64,000 nucleotides of DNA from a virus (lineage: Duplodnaviria > Caudoviricetes), in the IMG/VR virus record IMGVR_UViG_2511231106_000004, positions 47,356 to 111,355 of that record; one strand, given 5' to 3'. Positions within the stretch are counted from its first letter, which is position 1, and each line of letters opens with the position of its first letter. Positions 63,488-64,000 of the stretch are shown one piece after another. The translations under genes and the position numbers were made by a program. The notes below the pieces were generated by a model that saw only the letters and a list, made by a program, of their open reading frames with translations, ran no database searches and was not told where the DNA came from.

Positions 63488-64000
63488 TTGGAATTTTCAG
63501 AGTTTGCTTCTGGCTTACTTCCTTTTTGCATCGGACAGATGAAGAAAGAGCAATATTTCAATGAGATTGTCGGGAATTTCATCCAGGATGCCGCTATGGA
63601 CTCATGCCCTGTCCTGCATAAGAAAGCCGATACAAAATATAGATTTTTAAAAGGTACTCGTAAAATCCAACCCGCAGATGCGAGTTATCTTTACGCCAAT
63701 CGTGACAAGAAAAAGTTCTCTCATTGGATTGCCAATAGAACCGAAGAATGTGATTCCTATGATGCTGTAGCAGGATGGCTACACGATAACGGAATAAAAA
63801 ATCCTTGCGTTGATGACGCTTGTGCTGATTTACTTGAAAAAATCATCTTGTCGCTTATGGACGGCTCAACAGCAACTAGTGAGATTTCCAATGATTCCTG
63901 CGGCCTTACTTGTGATATATCTTTAATTGAAGATATCGAGGAAAAAAATAAAGTTGCTTCCTCGCCCGAATTCTATGCCGGTCCCGAAAGAAGCAACTGA
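63488..64000 (+). CDS. Divergent accessory gene, probably longer with a frameshift at A7 (63942-63948)
   Basis: TTG start behind AAGGTGG; MEFSEFAS; same slot as 11242 ORF of element A. Confidence 0.6.
   Translation: MEFSEFASGLLPFCIGQMKKEQYFNEIVGNFIQDAAMDSCPVLHKKADTKYRFLKGTRKIQPADASYLYANRDKKKFSHWIANRTEECDSYDAVAGWLHDNGIKNPCVDDACADLLEKIILSLMDGSTATSEISNDSCGLTCDISLIEDIEEKNKVASSPEFYAGPERSN

Larger units (their letters stand above)
18687..64000 (-). mobile_element. Prophage B, contractile-tailed, HK97-type head, serine-recombinase integrating (boundaries not defined)
   Basis: Full ordered set of replication, packaging, head, tail, lysis and recombinase genes. Confidence 0.92.

Noticed and set aside
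1-64000. tRNA or rRNA genes
   Set aside because: None recognised by eye; a tRNAscan/Infernal run would be needed to exclude them

Overview
The window holds two related prophage-like elements in tandem, both mainly on the minus strand. The host is probably a Negativicutes (diderm Firmicute), inferred from a YadA-type trimeric autotransporter carrying an SLH domain. Element A (about 1-15.9 kb, cut by the left edge) has a sigma-like gene, BRO/KilAC antirepressor, P4/D5-type primase, a quadruplicated origin-like repeat, VRR-NUC, a frameshifted SNF2 helicase, HNH, TerS and a DNA methyltransferase. It also has a divergent accessory operon: a 463 aa ORF, a 216 aa ORF, an RloC-like ABC ATPase and an Xre HTH. 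The adhesin (15.9-18.6 kb), with a poly-G tract in its promoter spacer, separates A from element B. Element B (about 18.7-64 kb) is an apparently complete myovirus-type prophage with two large serine recombinases, lysis genes, a PBSX/Xkd-like contractile tail, HK97-type head, terminase, amidoligase/GGCT, MTase, PolA replication module and sigma-like gene. Its morons are UDG-like, SAM-methyltransferase, AbiD/F-like HEPN plus a small RNA, and Mrr-like genes. Best candidate for an undescribed system: a 19-residue amyloid-like motif shared by the C-terminus of the 463 aa protein and the N-terminus of the next protein, in an operon with the RloC-like ATPase. Also notable: an RBS-sequestering RNA switch in front of both sigma-like genes, two families of repeated promoter-like motifs, and an origin array with a co-varied iteron. 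All family calls come from motif recognition and gene order; no database search was run.
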